Below, in pieces: positions 9,030 through 18,000 of a stretch of DNA of 64,000 nucleotides. A model generated the notes under the pieces. It was not told the DNA's origin and did no database searches. It saw nothing but the letters and a program-made list of their open reading frames with translations. Origin of the DNA: Deltaproteobacteria bacterium (GTDB lineage: Bacteria > Desulfobacterota > GWC2-55-46); the NCBI GenBank assembly GCA_016219015.1, contig JACRCL010000031.1, positions 22,159 through 86,158 on the forward strand. Reading direction: 5' to 3'. Made by a program: the position numbers and the translations under genes. Every line of letters begins with the position of its first letter. Positions within the stretch are counted from its first letter, which is position 1.

Positions 9030-9764
9030 TTATACGGCGGAACGCGGGTTTCTGATAACGAGCGTTGAGAAGTAATCGAGCCTCTTGCCCTTGAGTTTTT
9101 TTATGTCAGTCACTATCTCTTCCCCCGGCCAGCCGACGCGGGAGGCGAGGAACGCGCTATTCTCAAGCCCGAGCTCGAAGAGCATATCGAGGACACTGTC
9201 GAAGGCCTTGTTCACCTTCATCAATACTATCGTATCGAACGACTTTATCGACTCCCTTATCTCGTCGAGCGAGTACGACGCAGGTATGATTATAACCTTC
9301 TCGTCCGATTCCGCAAGAGGCACAAGCGCGCGTGAAGCAGCGGCTGTAAAAGACACGACCCCCGGTATCACCCTTACCTCCACGCCGGGCAGCGCTTCCG
9401 TTACAAGGGGCAGAAGGTAGCTGAACGTCGAGTAGAGCATCGGGTCGCCGAGAGTTATGAAGGCCGCGTCCTTGCCCTCCTTCAGCCTCTCCGCTATCAT
9501 GAAGGCCGCCTCCTTCCTCGATGAATTCAAAACCGCCTTATCCTTTGTCATGGGGAAGAGCAGCTCAAGCAGCTCTTTGTCCTTGGTATCGACTATCTTT
9601 TTTACGACCGAAAGGGCCTGGCTCTGCCCGTCGGAGGAGGTGTCCTTCGACCTCGGCACCGCGATAACCGGGCAGGCCTCGAGGGTCTTCAACGCCTTTA
9701 TCGTAATAAGCTCCGGGTCGCCGGGGCCGACGCCTACGCCGTAGAATATGCCGGTCCTTTTCAT
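9030..9764 (-). CDS. cbiL: cobalt-precorrin-2 C20-methyltransferase
   Basis: Tetrapyrrole methylase, GVGPGDPELIT. CbiL/CobI-type length and order. Confidence 0.8.
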   Translation of the reverse strand: MKRTGIFYGVGVGPGDPELITIKALKTLEACPVIAVPRSKDTSSDGQSQALSVVKKIVDTKDKELLELLFPMTKDKAVLNSSRKEAAFMIAERLKEGKDAAFITLGDPMLYSTFSYLLPLVTEALPGVEVRVIPGVVSFTAAASRALVPLAESDEKVIIIPASYSLDEIRESIKSFDTIVLMKVNKAFDSVLDMLFELGLENSAFLASRVGWPGEEIVTDIKKLKGKRLDYFSTLVIRNPRSAV

Positions 9765-10981
9765 AGGGGCCTCGTCCCCGATATTATGAACACGGGGTTA
9801 TTCGCGGAAAGGAGGCTAAGCCTGCCGAGGTCTTTCGCCCTTGAAAGGCCCACCTGCAGAAGCTCCTTCTCCCATCCCTTTTTTTTGAAAAAATCGAACG
9901 CGGCATGCGCCGTTTCAATGGTGACGGCGTTCACCACGGCCCTTCCGCCGGGCCTTACCCTTCGCGCGCAGTACGAAAGTATGGCCCGAAGCCCGGCCCC
10001 GCCGCCGCCCACGAATATAGCGTCAGGGCGAGGGAGCTTTTTAAGGCATAGCGGCGCCAGACCCTCGACCACCTCGACCCCTTCCGCGTTGAAGCGGTTT
10101 CTATTCCTCTTTATCTGCGCCGCCCTTTTTTTGTCTTTTTCTATGGCGTAGACCGGGCCGAAGGTCATGAAAGAGGCCTCTATGGCCACGGAGCCGCACC
10201 CCGAGCCTATGTCCCAGACAACGCTGTTATTATTGATATTGAGCTTGGACAGTGCTATGACCCTCAGCTCCTCCTTTGTTATCATGCCTTTGGAGTGGCT
10301 GAAGAGCGCGTCCGGGATACCGAGCCTCTTTGCAGCGGCCGGTCTTGCTGGTCTTTTGCGGATGAGCACCATTATATTCAAAGGCCCGAAAGACCTCATT
10401 GCGGCTATTTCAGCGAGGCTGCCGCGTGTTATCTTTTCCTTTTTCGTCCCGAGCGATTCGCATACAAAGGCCCTGTAGCCCGTCATTCCTTTGTCTATGA
10501 GCGCGCGGGCTATCCTCGAAGGGGTGTTCGTAGAGTCCGTAAAGACGGCAGCCCTGTCATGCGGGGCCAATTCACCGCAGAGCTCTTCGGGGGTCTTATT
10601 CCTCCCGTGGGCGCTCAATACCTTGACCCCGTTCATGTCCTCCTTTATCTTAGCGAACGCCTCCTGTACGGTACTCACGTTAGGGATGACCTCGACGTTC
10701 CTCTTCCCGAACCTCTTTATGATGAAAGAGGCGGCCCCGAAAAGGAGCGGGTCTCCGGTTGCGAGCACGACGACGCTCCCTTTCCTTTTGACCTCTTGCC
10801 TTATCTCGGAGGCGAGCCAGTCGAGGTCCGGCCCAATGGCGAGCTTTTTTGCCCCGGAGTCCGGGAACTCGTCGAGGTGCCTCTTCCCCCCGGCTATGAG
10901 GGTAGCCCTCTTTATCAGCCCGAGGGGTCTTTTGCGGAGGCTTTCCCTGCCTTTAAGCCCTATCCCTATCACGTGTATCAT
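9761..10981 (-). CDS. cbiET: cobalt-precorrin-6B/7 C5,C15-methyltransferase (decarboxylating), CbiE-CbiT fusion
   Basis: The N-terminal half is CbiE-like tetrapyrrole methylase. The C-terminal half is a CbiT-like SAM-dependent methyltransferase (VWDIGSGCGSVAIE). Confidence 0.8.
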   Translation of the reverse strand: MIHVIGIGLKGRESLRKRPLGLIKRATLIAGGKRHLDEFPDSGAKKLAIGPDLDWLASEIRQEVKRKGSVVVLATGDPLLFGAASFIIKRFGKRNVEVIPNVSTVQEAFAKIKEDMNGVKVLSAHGRNKTPEELCGELAPHDRAAVFTDSTNTPSRIARALIDKGMTGYRAFVCESLGTKKEKITRGSLAEIAAMRSFGPLNIMVLIRKRPARPAAAKRLGIPDALFSHSKGMITKEELRVIALSKLNINNNSVVWDIGSGCGSVAIEASFMTFGPVYAIEKDKKRAAQIKRNRNRFNAEGVEVVEGLAPLCLKKLPRPDAIFVGGGGAGLRAILSYCARRVRPGGRAVVNAVTIETAHAAFDFFKKKGWEKELLQVGLSRAKDLGRLSLLSANNPVFIISGTRPL

Positions 10982-12072
10982 CAGCAGACGCAGACTATGT
11001 CGTTATCGTACCCGACGAGTATCGCCCTTACCTTGCAAGGGCCGTTTAAAAGCGAAAGGGCGTTCTTCTTGACCATGCCGCAGACCACTTTAAGGATACC
11101 GGGAAGCCCCCCGTCTTTCAACAGGTAAAATACCTCTCTCGCGGTATTCGCTGCCTCGACCCTTTTAATAAACCCTTCGCCCGCATTGAATTTCCCGCAA
11201 AGCTCCGCGAGAAAGCCGAACTCGACGCTTGAGTCCTCGCAGTGCGTCTCGAAATGGCCTGAGGCGAGCTTGGTGAACTTGCCGAACTGCCCGGCTATTG
11301 TTATTCTTTTGAGTCCCCTTTTGGCCGAGTCTTTTATGGCGAAGCCCATGTGGTCGCCGGTGAGTATGAAGGCCGCCTCCGGCAGCCTTAAATGCCTCTC
11401 CACGACCTTCTCGCTCGACCTGCCCGTGGAGAAGACGACCTCTTTGCAACCCTGCGCCGTCGCCACGTCCACCCCGCATGAGATGGAATGGGTATACGCC
11501 TTCAGCGACATCGGCTCCACTATGCCGCTTGTGCCGAGTATCGATATCCCGCCCGCTATCCCGAGGCGCGGGTTCATCGTCTTCCTGGCAAGGGCCCTGC
11601 CATCCGGCACGGAGATGGTCACCTCGACGGAGGGGACGACCCCCGCCTGCCTTGCGGCTTCGAGCACCGCCTTCCTTATCATCTTTAGGGGCACGGGGTT
11701 TATGGCGGGCCTGCCCGGTGGTATCTTAAGCCCCGGCTTTGTGACCAGCCCGACGCCCTCGCCGCCCCTGATAGTCACCCTCGGCCTTTTTTTATTCTCG
11801 CCCCTGTACTCCACCTCGGAGATTATCTCGGCCCCGTTAGTCACGTCCGGGTCGTCGCCCGCGTCCTTTATTATTACGGCACGCGCCATGTTGCCGGAAG
11901 TCTTTACCGATCCGACCTTGATCTTAATGGTTTTGCCCGAAGGGAGCGTAACGTCCACGGACTTTCTTCCGGCCGGACTGGCCCCAAAAAGCGACAGTGC
12001 CGCTGCCTTTGAACCGGCAGCGGCACATGTGCCCGTAGTAAAACCTCTTCTCAACTTCTTATTCCGCTTCAA
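10981..12072 (-). CDS. cbiD: cobalt-precorrin-5B C1-methyltransferase
   Basis: N-terminal RRGFTTGTCAAA motif and full CbiD length. Confidence 0.85.
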   Translation of the reverse strand: MKRNKKLRRGFTTGTCAAAGSKAAALSLFGASPAGRKSVDVTLPSGKTIKIKVGSVKTSGNMARAVIIKDAGDDPDVTNGAEIISEVEYRGENKKRPRVTIRGGEGVGLVTKPGLKIPPGRPAINPVPLKMIRKAVLEAARQAGVVPSVEVTISVPDGRALARKTMNPRLGIAGGISILGTSGIVEPMSLKAYTHSISCGVDVATAQGCKEVVFSTGRSSEKVVERHLRLPEAAFILTGDHMGFAIKDSAKRGLKRITIAGQFGKFTKLASGHFETHCEDSSVEFGFLAELCGKFNAGEGFIKRVEAANTAREVFYLLKDGGLPGILKVVCGMVKKNALSLLNGPCKVRAILVGYDNDIVCVC

Positions 12073-12478
12073 TAGTCCCCTTAAAACCGCTCTTCCAGAA
12101 AAGGCCCAGGACAGCCCCGAGGAGGACCGCCAACAAGAGCCCCTGCAACGCCTCGGGCGCGTTGAAATGGTACCTGCCCGGCTCCATCCCGGAAAGGACA
12201 GCCCCTCCCGCCCTCAGGACTATCCAGATGGAAGTCGATACGGCTATAGCCTTAAATACAACGCTCCTGAAAGGGATGAGGCGGGCAGCCGCGAACAGGA
12301 ACCCGGCGGACGCGACCCCGAAGACGGCCCCGCCTATCGTAAACGAGGCGAGCGCGCTCAAAAAACCCGCCTCCAGGGGGAAGACCCCCGTAAACGAGTT
12401 TACCGCAAGCGCCAGCCATCCCCAGATGATGCCGGATATGGCGCCTGCGGTAATTGAGTTGCTTAAAGACCTTTCCAT
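12059..12478 (-). CDS. small polytopic membrane protein, putative CbtA-like cobalt transporter subunit (short form)
   Basis: 139 aa, about 4 TM. Lies immediately downstream of cbtB inside the cbi operon. Assignment is by context only. Confidence 0.35.
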   Translation of the reverse strand: MERSLSNSITAGAISGIIWGWLALAVNSFTGVFPLEAGFLSALASFTIGGAVFGVASAGFLFAAARLIPFRSVVFKAIAVSTSIWIVLRAGGAVLSGMEPGRYHFNAPEALQGLLLAVLLGAVLGLFWKSGFKGTIEAE

Positions 12479-12490
12479 TTTCAGGTTGTT

Positions 12491-12664
12491 TTAATGGCAG
12501 CCCATGCCTATCGCGTGCCTGAAGTCATGGAACGCGTCGTGCACCCCGGGCGCCACCGAGTCCATCCCGTACGCGATAACGGCGAAAGTGAACGCAACTC
12601 CGACAAGGACGAGGGCCGTCACCACGGCCTTTTTCATCCCGGCGCTCTCGAGTATCCTTTCCAT
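12491..12664 (-). CDS. cbtB: CbtB, putative cobalt transporter small subunit
   Basis: Below the ORF-track size cutoff. Minus-strand ORF MERILESAGMKKAVVTALVLVGVAFTFAVIAYGMDSVAPGVHDAFHDFRHAIGMGCH, with the hallmark C-terminal HDxxHDxRHxxGxxCH metal-binding motif. AGGAGG RBS lies 5 nt upstream. Confidence 0.7.
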   Translation of the reverse strand: MERILESAGMKKAVVTALVLVGVAFTFAVIAYGMDSVAPGVHDAFHDFRHAIGMGCH

Positions 12665-12688
12665 TAAAGACCTCCTACAATTGTATTC

Positions 12689-13972
12689 TTAAAAGAAAGC
12701 CTGAAGCCTTATGCCGTATAAGAAAATCTTTGCGGCGTCCCTGTCCCCGCCGGCGTTTATGACGTACTGGAGGTCCGGGGAGATATGGAAGCCCCTGCCG
12801 GGGGTGCTGTCAGATACCGCGTAGCTGTAGTAAAGCTCCATGTAGTGCTCGGTGCCTGACTTGAAGCCGGGCGTGGACGATTCCTTAAAGTCCTTGTAGT
12901 CCTTGCCCATGAAGGTCGCGCCGTACGCGAACCCGACCGAGTCGTTCGGCCTGCCGTAGTTCTCACCCGTGTAACTGAACCCGCCGCTTACGTGCCTGTC
13001 GAACTGCGCCACCTTCTCCCTCTGGACGCCGGCCCTGAGCCATACGCCGAGGGTATCGGTTATGTACTGGTCGAAGCTAAGGCCGAAGCCGCTGTTCTCG
13101 GCCCTGGCGAGGTCCGGGTCGTTCGGGTTGGCTGTATTGGCCGCATCCGGCCTCCCCTGCCTGTTCCAGTAATAAAACCTGTAATTGCCGTCTTTGTCAA
13201 GTGGTTTGAGCTTAAAGTTCAATTCCGCCATTAAAAAAGGCTTGTCGAAGGTGTCCGTAAAGTCCCCGTCGCCCTCGAAGGCGCCGAGGCTTATATCGAC
13301 GTTCTCAACGGGCCACCAGGTAAGCCTCGCGCCGGGGCCGTAGAAATTCTCGCTCCCGCCGAACTCTATCGTCGGGTTGTTCACGAATGTCGTGGCCAGG
13401 AACTGGGTCCTTTCGCTGTTCGCGAATTCGTTCGCGTCGAAGTACCCGGTGATGTCGAGCTTGCCGACCGAGGCCACGAGGCCGGGGGTAATGTTATGCT
13501 CGTAATATACCTGGGTAAGGTGGACGCCGTCGTTATTGAACGACTCTATGTCCGCGTTATACCCCGTGGTGTTTGCGTTGGGTGCCGTAAAGAACGCGGG
13601 CAGGTTCTGTATCCCGGCCCCCTGGACGTAATCGAGGACGACCACGGCCCTGCCGTCCCTGCCTACCGGGGACTCTATCGCGATATCGGCCGACATGGCC
13701 GCCGCGCCCTTCTGCCTCAGGTCGCCCTTGATGCGGTTAACTCCGTGGGCCGAGACGGTGAGGTCCCCGCTCACCTTGAGCCCGTAGAGGCTGTGGATCG
13801 GGTGGAGCTTGTGGCCGAGCTCATCGACCACCTCGGAGTCCTTCACCCTCTTTTCCAGCTCGTCGAGCCTTGACCTGATCTCATCTATCTCTTTTTTATC
13901 ATCAGCCGCCGTAGCGCTTTGACACATGAACACGAACAACAAGGCAAAGACCGAACTCAACAGCTTCTTCAT
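12689..13972 (-). CDS. outer-membrane beta-barrel porin (OprB-like/carbohydrate-selective porin-like) with N-terminal coiled coil
   Basis: Signal peptide MKKLLSSVFALLFVFMCQSATA. Coiled-coil segment, alternating beta-strand pattern and C-terminal aromatic residue (…RLQAFF). The likely start at 13972 has an AAGGAGA RBS. The ORF-track start 14044 is an extension. Confidence 0.55.
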   Translation of the reverse strand: MKKLLSSVFALLFVFMCQSATAADDKKEIDEIRSRLDELEKRVKDSEVVDELGHKLHPIHSLYGLKVSGDLTVSAHGVNRIKGDLRQKGAAAMSADIAIESPVGRDGRAVVVLDYVQGAGIQNLPAFFTAPNANTTGYNADIESFNNDGVHLTQVYYEHNITPGLVASVGKLDITGYFDANEFANSERTQFLATTFVNNPTIEFGGSENFYGPGARLTWWPVENVDISLGAFEGDGDFTDTFDKPFLMAELNFKLKPLDKDGNYRFYYWNRQGRPDAANTANPNDPDLARAENSGFGLSFDQYITDTLGVWLRAGVQREKVAQFDRHVSGGFSYTGENYGRPNDSVGFAYGATFMGKDYKDFKESSTPGFKSGTEHYMELYYSYAVSDSTPGRGFHISPDLQYVINAGGDRDAAKIFLYGIRLQAFF

Positions 13973-14009
13973 CTCCTTTTCGCCCTCCGTGGTATGTTTT
14001 TCATTCCAT

Positions 14010-14822
14010 TTACTCGTGCTCGTCATGGGTCGAGTACGGCCCATGGCTGTGCCTGTGGGTCAAACCCCCGTGCCTGTGCGTATGCTCGTGTATTATGTTC
14101 GCCCTCAAAAGCAGGTCCTTGTCACTCAAGACCTTCGGCGTCGCAGCGTCAGCGGCTATCGCGTGGGACTCGTCGAGCAATATCACCCGCCCGGCGAAGT
14201 CCTCGACGAGGCTCAAGTCGTGGGTGGCAATTATGAAGGTCTTCTTAAGCTCCTTCAGCCCCTGCATTATCTCAAAGAGCCAGACCTGGGTCCTCGGGTC
14301 GAGCCCGTTCGTGGGCTCATCGAGCAAAAGCACGTCCGGGTTTATCGAGAGGACCGACGCTATCGCCACCTTCTTCTTCTCCCCGGAGCTTAGCGTGTAC
14401 GGCGGCCTGTCCCGTAGATTCGAAAGCCCGAGCATCTCTAAAAGACCCTCGACCCTCTCCTTAAGCCCGTCCTTCGATAGATTGAGCTGTAGCGGCCCGA
14501 AGGCGACCTCGTCGAACACGGTCGGGCAGAAGAGCTGGACGTCCGGCTCGGGGAAGACGAAGCCGACCCTCTCCCTGAAGCACTTGAGGAAGCCGCCCTT
14601 GAGGGTCTCCTCCTTAAGCTCGCTGCCCATGAACCGGACAACGCCCTCGCTCGGGAAGACAAGCCCGTCGAGCATCTTAAGGAGCGTGGACTTCCCGCTC
14701 CCGTTCGCCCCGAGTATGGCTACGCTCTCTCCGGCCTTGACCGTAAGGCTTATGCCTCTGAGGGCGAACGACCCGTTGTACGCGAAGCCCGCGCCCTCGA
14801 GCGTGAATATTTCTTTTTCCAT
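14010..14822 (-). CDS. cbiO: cobalt ECF/ABC transporter ATP-binding protein with His-rich C-terminal tail
   Basis: Walker A GANGSGKST, signature LSSGEKKKV, Walker B LLLDEP. C-terminal tail HEHTHRHGGLTHRHSHGPYSTHDEHE. Start taken at the internal MEKEIFTLEG. Confidence 0.75.
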   Translation of the reverse strand: MEKEIFTLEGAGFAYNGSFALRGISLTVKAGESVAILGANGSGKSTLLKMLDGLVFPSEGVVRFMGSELKEETLKGGFLKCFRERVGFVFPEPDVQLFCPTVFDEVAFGPLQLNLSKDGLKERVEGLLEMLGLSNLRDRPPYTLSSGEKKKVAIASVLSINPDVLLLDEPTNGLDPRTQVWLFEIMQGLKELKKTFIIATHDLSLVEDFAGRVILLDESHAIAADAATPKVLSDKDLLLRANIIHEHTHRHGGLTHRHSHGPYSTHDEHE

Positions 14823-14842
14823 GGCCTTGGCCAGCCCCTCAG

Positions 14843-15718
14843 TTAAAGTCCCAACGACAGGAAGAAGACGAACCACGCAAGCCCTACCCAGAGGAGGTCT
14901 TTCTTCCCCATCCGCGCCGGGCCTATCGCGTCGAGTTTCCCGTTAAAGCCCCGGGAGGCCATAGCCATACTGACCTCTTCGGCGGTAGATAATGATTTCT
15001 TTAATATTAACGCTATCCTGGAGGCGAACCAGTCCTGGGATTCCCTGAGGCTCCCTTTGGCAAAGGTCCTCGATTTGCGCGCCAGTGTGGAGTCCTCGGC
15101 CACCTTTAAAAGGACGAATATGTACCTGAACGTCATGAAGAGCGTTGTTACGAAGAACGCGGGCAGGAACTGCCTCAAGCCCCTGAAAAAATCCGTCTGC
15201 CTCGTGGTAAGCAGGAGTAGCATCACGAGCGAGGCCATGAGGCTCACCCTTGAGATGAAAAAAAACGCAGTCCCCGCGCCCTGCCGGGTAACGTAGATAC
15301 CCATAAAACCAGCTATTGGCTCGCCCGGCGTCACGAAGCTGAAAAATACCGGCAGCAAGAGCACGGAAGTGAAAAGGAAAGAGGGCAAGACCCTTTTTAT
15401 GAGCGCGCTTAAACCCACCTTTGATAGCAGGGCTATCGCTAATGTTACGAGGAATACCCCGCTGAGCGCGACAACCCCGGAGGCGGCCACGCAGGCGAGG
15501 ACGAGCGCGAGGACGCCGAGTATCCGGGCCCTCGGCTCGACGGCCTGCAGCAGGCCTTTTTTAGAAGCATAGCCCTCGAAGTAGACCATCTTGCCGAAGA
15601 AAGAGGCGATGCCTTCGAGGTTCTTCTCCAGGAACCCCGGCGCGGAGTCCTTGCCGTCCGCAAGGCAGGGCGCGTCCCTTGCCTCCTTGAGCCATGCGGG
15701 GAGTTTTACTTCGGCCAT
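14843..15718 (-). CDS. cbiQ: cobalt ECF transporter transmembrane (T) component
   Basis: CbiQ-like polytopic protein. Start taken at MAEVKL (15718). The ORF-track start 15994 overlaps cbiMN and is likely spurious. Confidence 0.7.
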   Translation of the reverse strand: MAEVKLPAWLKEARDAPCLADGKDSAPGFLEKNLEGIASFFGKMVYFEGYASKKGLLQAVEPRARILGVLALVLACVAASGVVALSGVFLVTLAIALLSKVGLSALIKRVLPSFLFTSVLLLPVFFSFVTPGEPIAGFMGIYVTRQGAGTAFFFISRVSLMASLVMLLLLTTRQTDFFRGLRQFLPAFFVTTLFMTFRYIFVLLKVAEDSTLARKSRTFAKGSLRESQDWFASRIALILKKSLSTAEEVSMAMASRGFNGKLDAIGPARMGKKDLLWVGLAWFVFFLSLGL

Positions 15719-16680
15719 AGCCTGCCCCAGAGATATACTATCAGCACTATCATTCCGCTCCCTATGGCCGCGGATAAGACATAGAATAAAGCGGAGGCGC
15801 CCCTCCCGGCCCCATAAAACGTAAACGTATAGCCGGGCAGCAACCCTTTCCACACCCCGCCAAGGACCTCCATGCCCGCGGGCACATAGCCGATGAGTTC
15901 CTTTATGCCGGAACTCCCCCACTCGCCCCACGGCGTCACGGCGGCGATAAGCCCGAGAGGGGTCAATACGATGAGGAATATCAAGACGGCCCACAGGGGC
16001 TTTAAGCCCTCCCGCCTTTTTATAAGCCCCTCGTCAGTCTTATATATGTAAGATATTATGAGCGCGGTCCCGAGCGCCTCTACCGGGCCGAAGAATAAGA
16101 GGTGCGGGAGCATCATGGCTGGTATCGCGATGGAAAGTGGATACGGCGCGTAAAGGGGCCTGCCGTCAGCCCCGTGGGCTATCGCAGGCTGGATGCCGAG
16201 CTCGACGGCCACAAACAGCGCCGCGAGGTTCAGGGCTATATAAGCGGCAAGGGCTGAAGCGAAGCCCCTCCTGGGCCTCCCCGGGCTTCTTCCGGCGAGC
16301 GCGCCGTAGATATAATAGCCGCTAAAGCTCATCACGAGCGCCATGTTGAAGGAGTTCGCCCCGAGGGTCGTTATCCCGCCGTCGGCGAAGATGAAGGCCT
16401 GCAGCGTAAGGGCTATCGTAAGAGCTATCACCCCGGCCCAGGGGCCGAGCGCGACAGATACTACAACGGCCCCCACCATGTGGCCCGATGAGCCGCCCGG
16501 TATGGGGATATTGAGCATCATCACCACGAAGGCGAAGGACGCGCCGAGGGCGAGCAGCGGTATCTCTTTGAGCTTTAGCTCTTTTTCTACTTTACGGGAC
16601 GAGACGTACCATGCGGGGAGCATCAATGCGTAGAAAAAGGCGCAGGTCCTGGGGCTCAGGTATCCGTCAGGTATGTGCAT
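15706..16680 (-). CDS. cbiMN: cobalt ECF transporter substrate-capture component, CbiM-CbiN fusion
   Basis: Begins MHIPDGYL, the essential CbiM N-terminus. 324 aa with a C-terminal CbiN-like 2-TM extension. Confidence 0.8.
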   Translation of the reverse strand: MHIPDGYLSPRTCAFFYALMLPAWYVSSRKVEKELKLKEIPLLALGASFAFVVMMLNIPIPGGSSGHMVGAVVVSVALGPWAGVIALTIALTLQAFIFADGGITTLGANSFNMALVMSFSGYYIYGALAGRSPGRPRRGFASALAAYIALNLAALFVAVELGIQPAIAHGADGRPLYAPYPLSIAIPAMMLPHLLFFGPVEALGTALIISYIYKTDEGLIKRREGLKPLWAVLIFLIVLTPLGLIAAVTPWGEWGSSGIKELIGYVPAGMEVLGGVWKGLLPGYTFTFYGAGRGASALFYVLSAAIGSGMIVLIVYLWGRLWPK

Positions 16681-16694
16681 AGGCCCTTAGCAGA

Positions 16695-16744
16695 CTTCAA
16701 ATACCTCCATCCGCTTCGTTGGCTTCAAACGTCATTGCAACGTA
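16695..16744 (+). repeat. short interspersed repeat, family E copy 1
   Basis: CTTCAAATAccTCCatCcGCTTCGTTGGCtTC...GTCATtgcAACGTA. About 85% identical to 20796-20843. Confidence 0.7.
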
Positions 16745-16758
16745 CTTTCACATTCACC

Positions 16759-16800
16759 GATAACCGATAACTGATAACCGATAACTGATAACTGATAACC
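16759..16800. repeat. heptanucleotide tandem array, 6 units of GATAAC(C/T) (rc (A/G)GTTATC)
   Basis: gataaccgataactgataaccgataactgataactgataacc. Lies between the cbiXC stop and the cbiMN start. Confidence 0.9.
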
Positions 16801-16803
16801 GTC

Positions 16804-17832
16804 CTATATCCGCGCGCCCGCCTTCTCGGCGGCATTCGCGGCCTCTATCGCCAGAGCGTTGACAATCGCCACGGCCACGGTGCTCCCGCCCTTCCTCCCG
16901 GAGGAGGCTATGAATTCGAGCCCGCTTTTCATAAGCTCTTCCTTTGCCTCGGCCGCGCCCACGAAGCCCACAGGCACGCCGATTATGAGCGCGGGGCGCG
17001 GCGCTCCGGCCCTTATGAGCCTCAGTAGCTCGAATAACGCCGTAGGGGCGTTGCCTATGGCCACGACCGAGCCGTTCAGGAGCCTTACGGCCTTCCTCAT
17101 CGAGGCCGCCGTCTTCGTGATATTCTCCATCCTTGCCGTAAGCTCCACATCCTTGTCCGATGAGAAGCAATATACCTTCGCGCCGAACGGGTCGAGCCTG
17201 TACTTCATTACCCCGGCCTCCACCATCCTTACATCGGTTATTACCGGGCGGCCGGCCCTTATGGCCTCTATGCCGGCCTCGACCGCGCCGGGGCTGAAGC
17301 GAAGCAACTCCCTGAACTCGAAGTCCGCTGTTGTATGTATGACCCTTTTAACTATCGGCAGCTCGATCGGGGATATACCTCTTTCATCGAGTTCGCCCCC
17401 TATTATCCTGAAGCTCTCCTCCTCTATCGGGTGCCGCCCGAGGGGCGCTTCCACTGCCTTGACCTGTGTTTCCGCGAGCCTCTCAAGGGTTATGTCTATG
17501 AGCTTATCGTGGAAGCCGAGCCATTTCGCGTAGGTGATCTTGAGCCCCTGGTGGGCTGAGAGCGCCTTTTCTATCTCGGCCGGAATGTCCTGCGTCACAT
17601 GGAGGCCGGGGTAGAGGAAGTAAGGCATGACGACAATATCGTTAAAGCCCTTTGCTACAAGGCTGTTTACGCCTTCCTGAAAATCTGGATCTGCCAGCTG
17701 GAGGAAGGCGGGCAATACCTCGCCGTAGCCCCCGGCCCTTTTTACGGCAACGGCGACCTTCTTCAAGGTCTCGTTCGCCTCTTTCGCCTTGCTGCCGTGG
17801 CCGAGGAGCAGTATCGCCTTATCAGTGTCCAT
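16804..17832 (-). CDS. cbiXC: sirohydrochlorin cobaltochelatase (small CbiX type) fused to cobalt-precorrin-8 methylmutase (CbiC)
   Basis: The N-terminal ~120 aa are CbiX-small (ILLLGHGSK..., VVMPYFLYPGLHV). The C-terminal ~210 aa are CbiC/CobH (VIHTTADFEF, GNAPTALFELL, GVPVGFVGAAEAKEEL). Start ATG at 17832 has a GGGAAAGGG RBS. Confidence 0.8.
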   Translation of the reverse strand: MDTDKAILLLGHGSKAKEANETLKKVAVAVKRAGGYGEVLPAFLQLADPDFQEGVNSLVAKGFNDIVVMPYFLYPGLHVTQDIPAEIEKALSAHQGLKITYAKWLGFHDKLIDITLERLAETQVKAVEAPLGRHPIEEESFRIIGGELDERGISPIELPIVKRVIHTTADFEFRELLRFSPGAVEAGIEAIRAGRPVITDVRMVEAGVMKYRLDPFGAKVYCFSSDKDVELTARMENITKTAASMRKAVRLLNGSVVAIGNAPTALFELLRLIRAGAPRPALIIGVPVGFVGAAEAKEELMKSGLEFIASSGRKGGSTVAVAIVNALAIEAANAAEKAGARI

Positions 17833-17897
17833 CGTGTACGCCCTTTCCCTTAAACCGGTTTCTACCCTTAACAAGCTGCTGAAAAACTATTTTAGTC

Positions 17898-17988
17898 TGT
17901 CATTCTGAGCGGAGCGAAGAATCTCGGGGCTGATTGAATCAACAAGTTACGGGATTCTTTCGTCGCCTTCGGCTCCTCAGAATGACAA
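17898..17988. repeat. MITE-like imperfect inverted-repeat element, family A copy (TGTCATTCTGAGCGGAGCGAAGAATC ... GATTCTTTCGTCGCCTTCGGCTCCTCAGAATGACA)
   Basis: Terminal inverted repeats of about 26-35 nt around a 20-nt core. Inserted between the riboswitch terminator and the cbiXC start. A second copy lies at 37212-37300. Confidence 0.8.
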
Positions 17989-18000
17989 CTTCGTGGATTT

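Noticed and set aside
12757-12966. Minus-strand 69-aa Arg/Thr-rich ORF, and similar high-GC mini-ORFs such as 8646..8879 and 35507..35704
   Set aside because: They are embedded in other frames of well-supported genes, and their composition is driven by GC skew.
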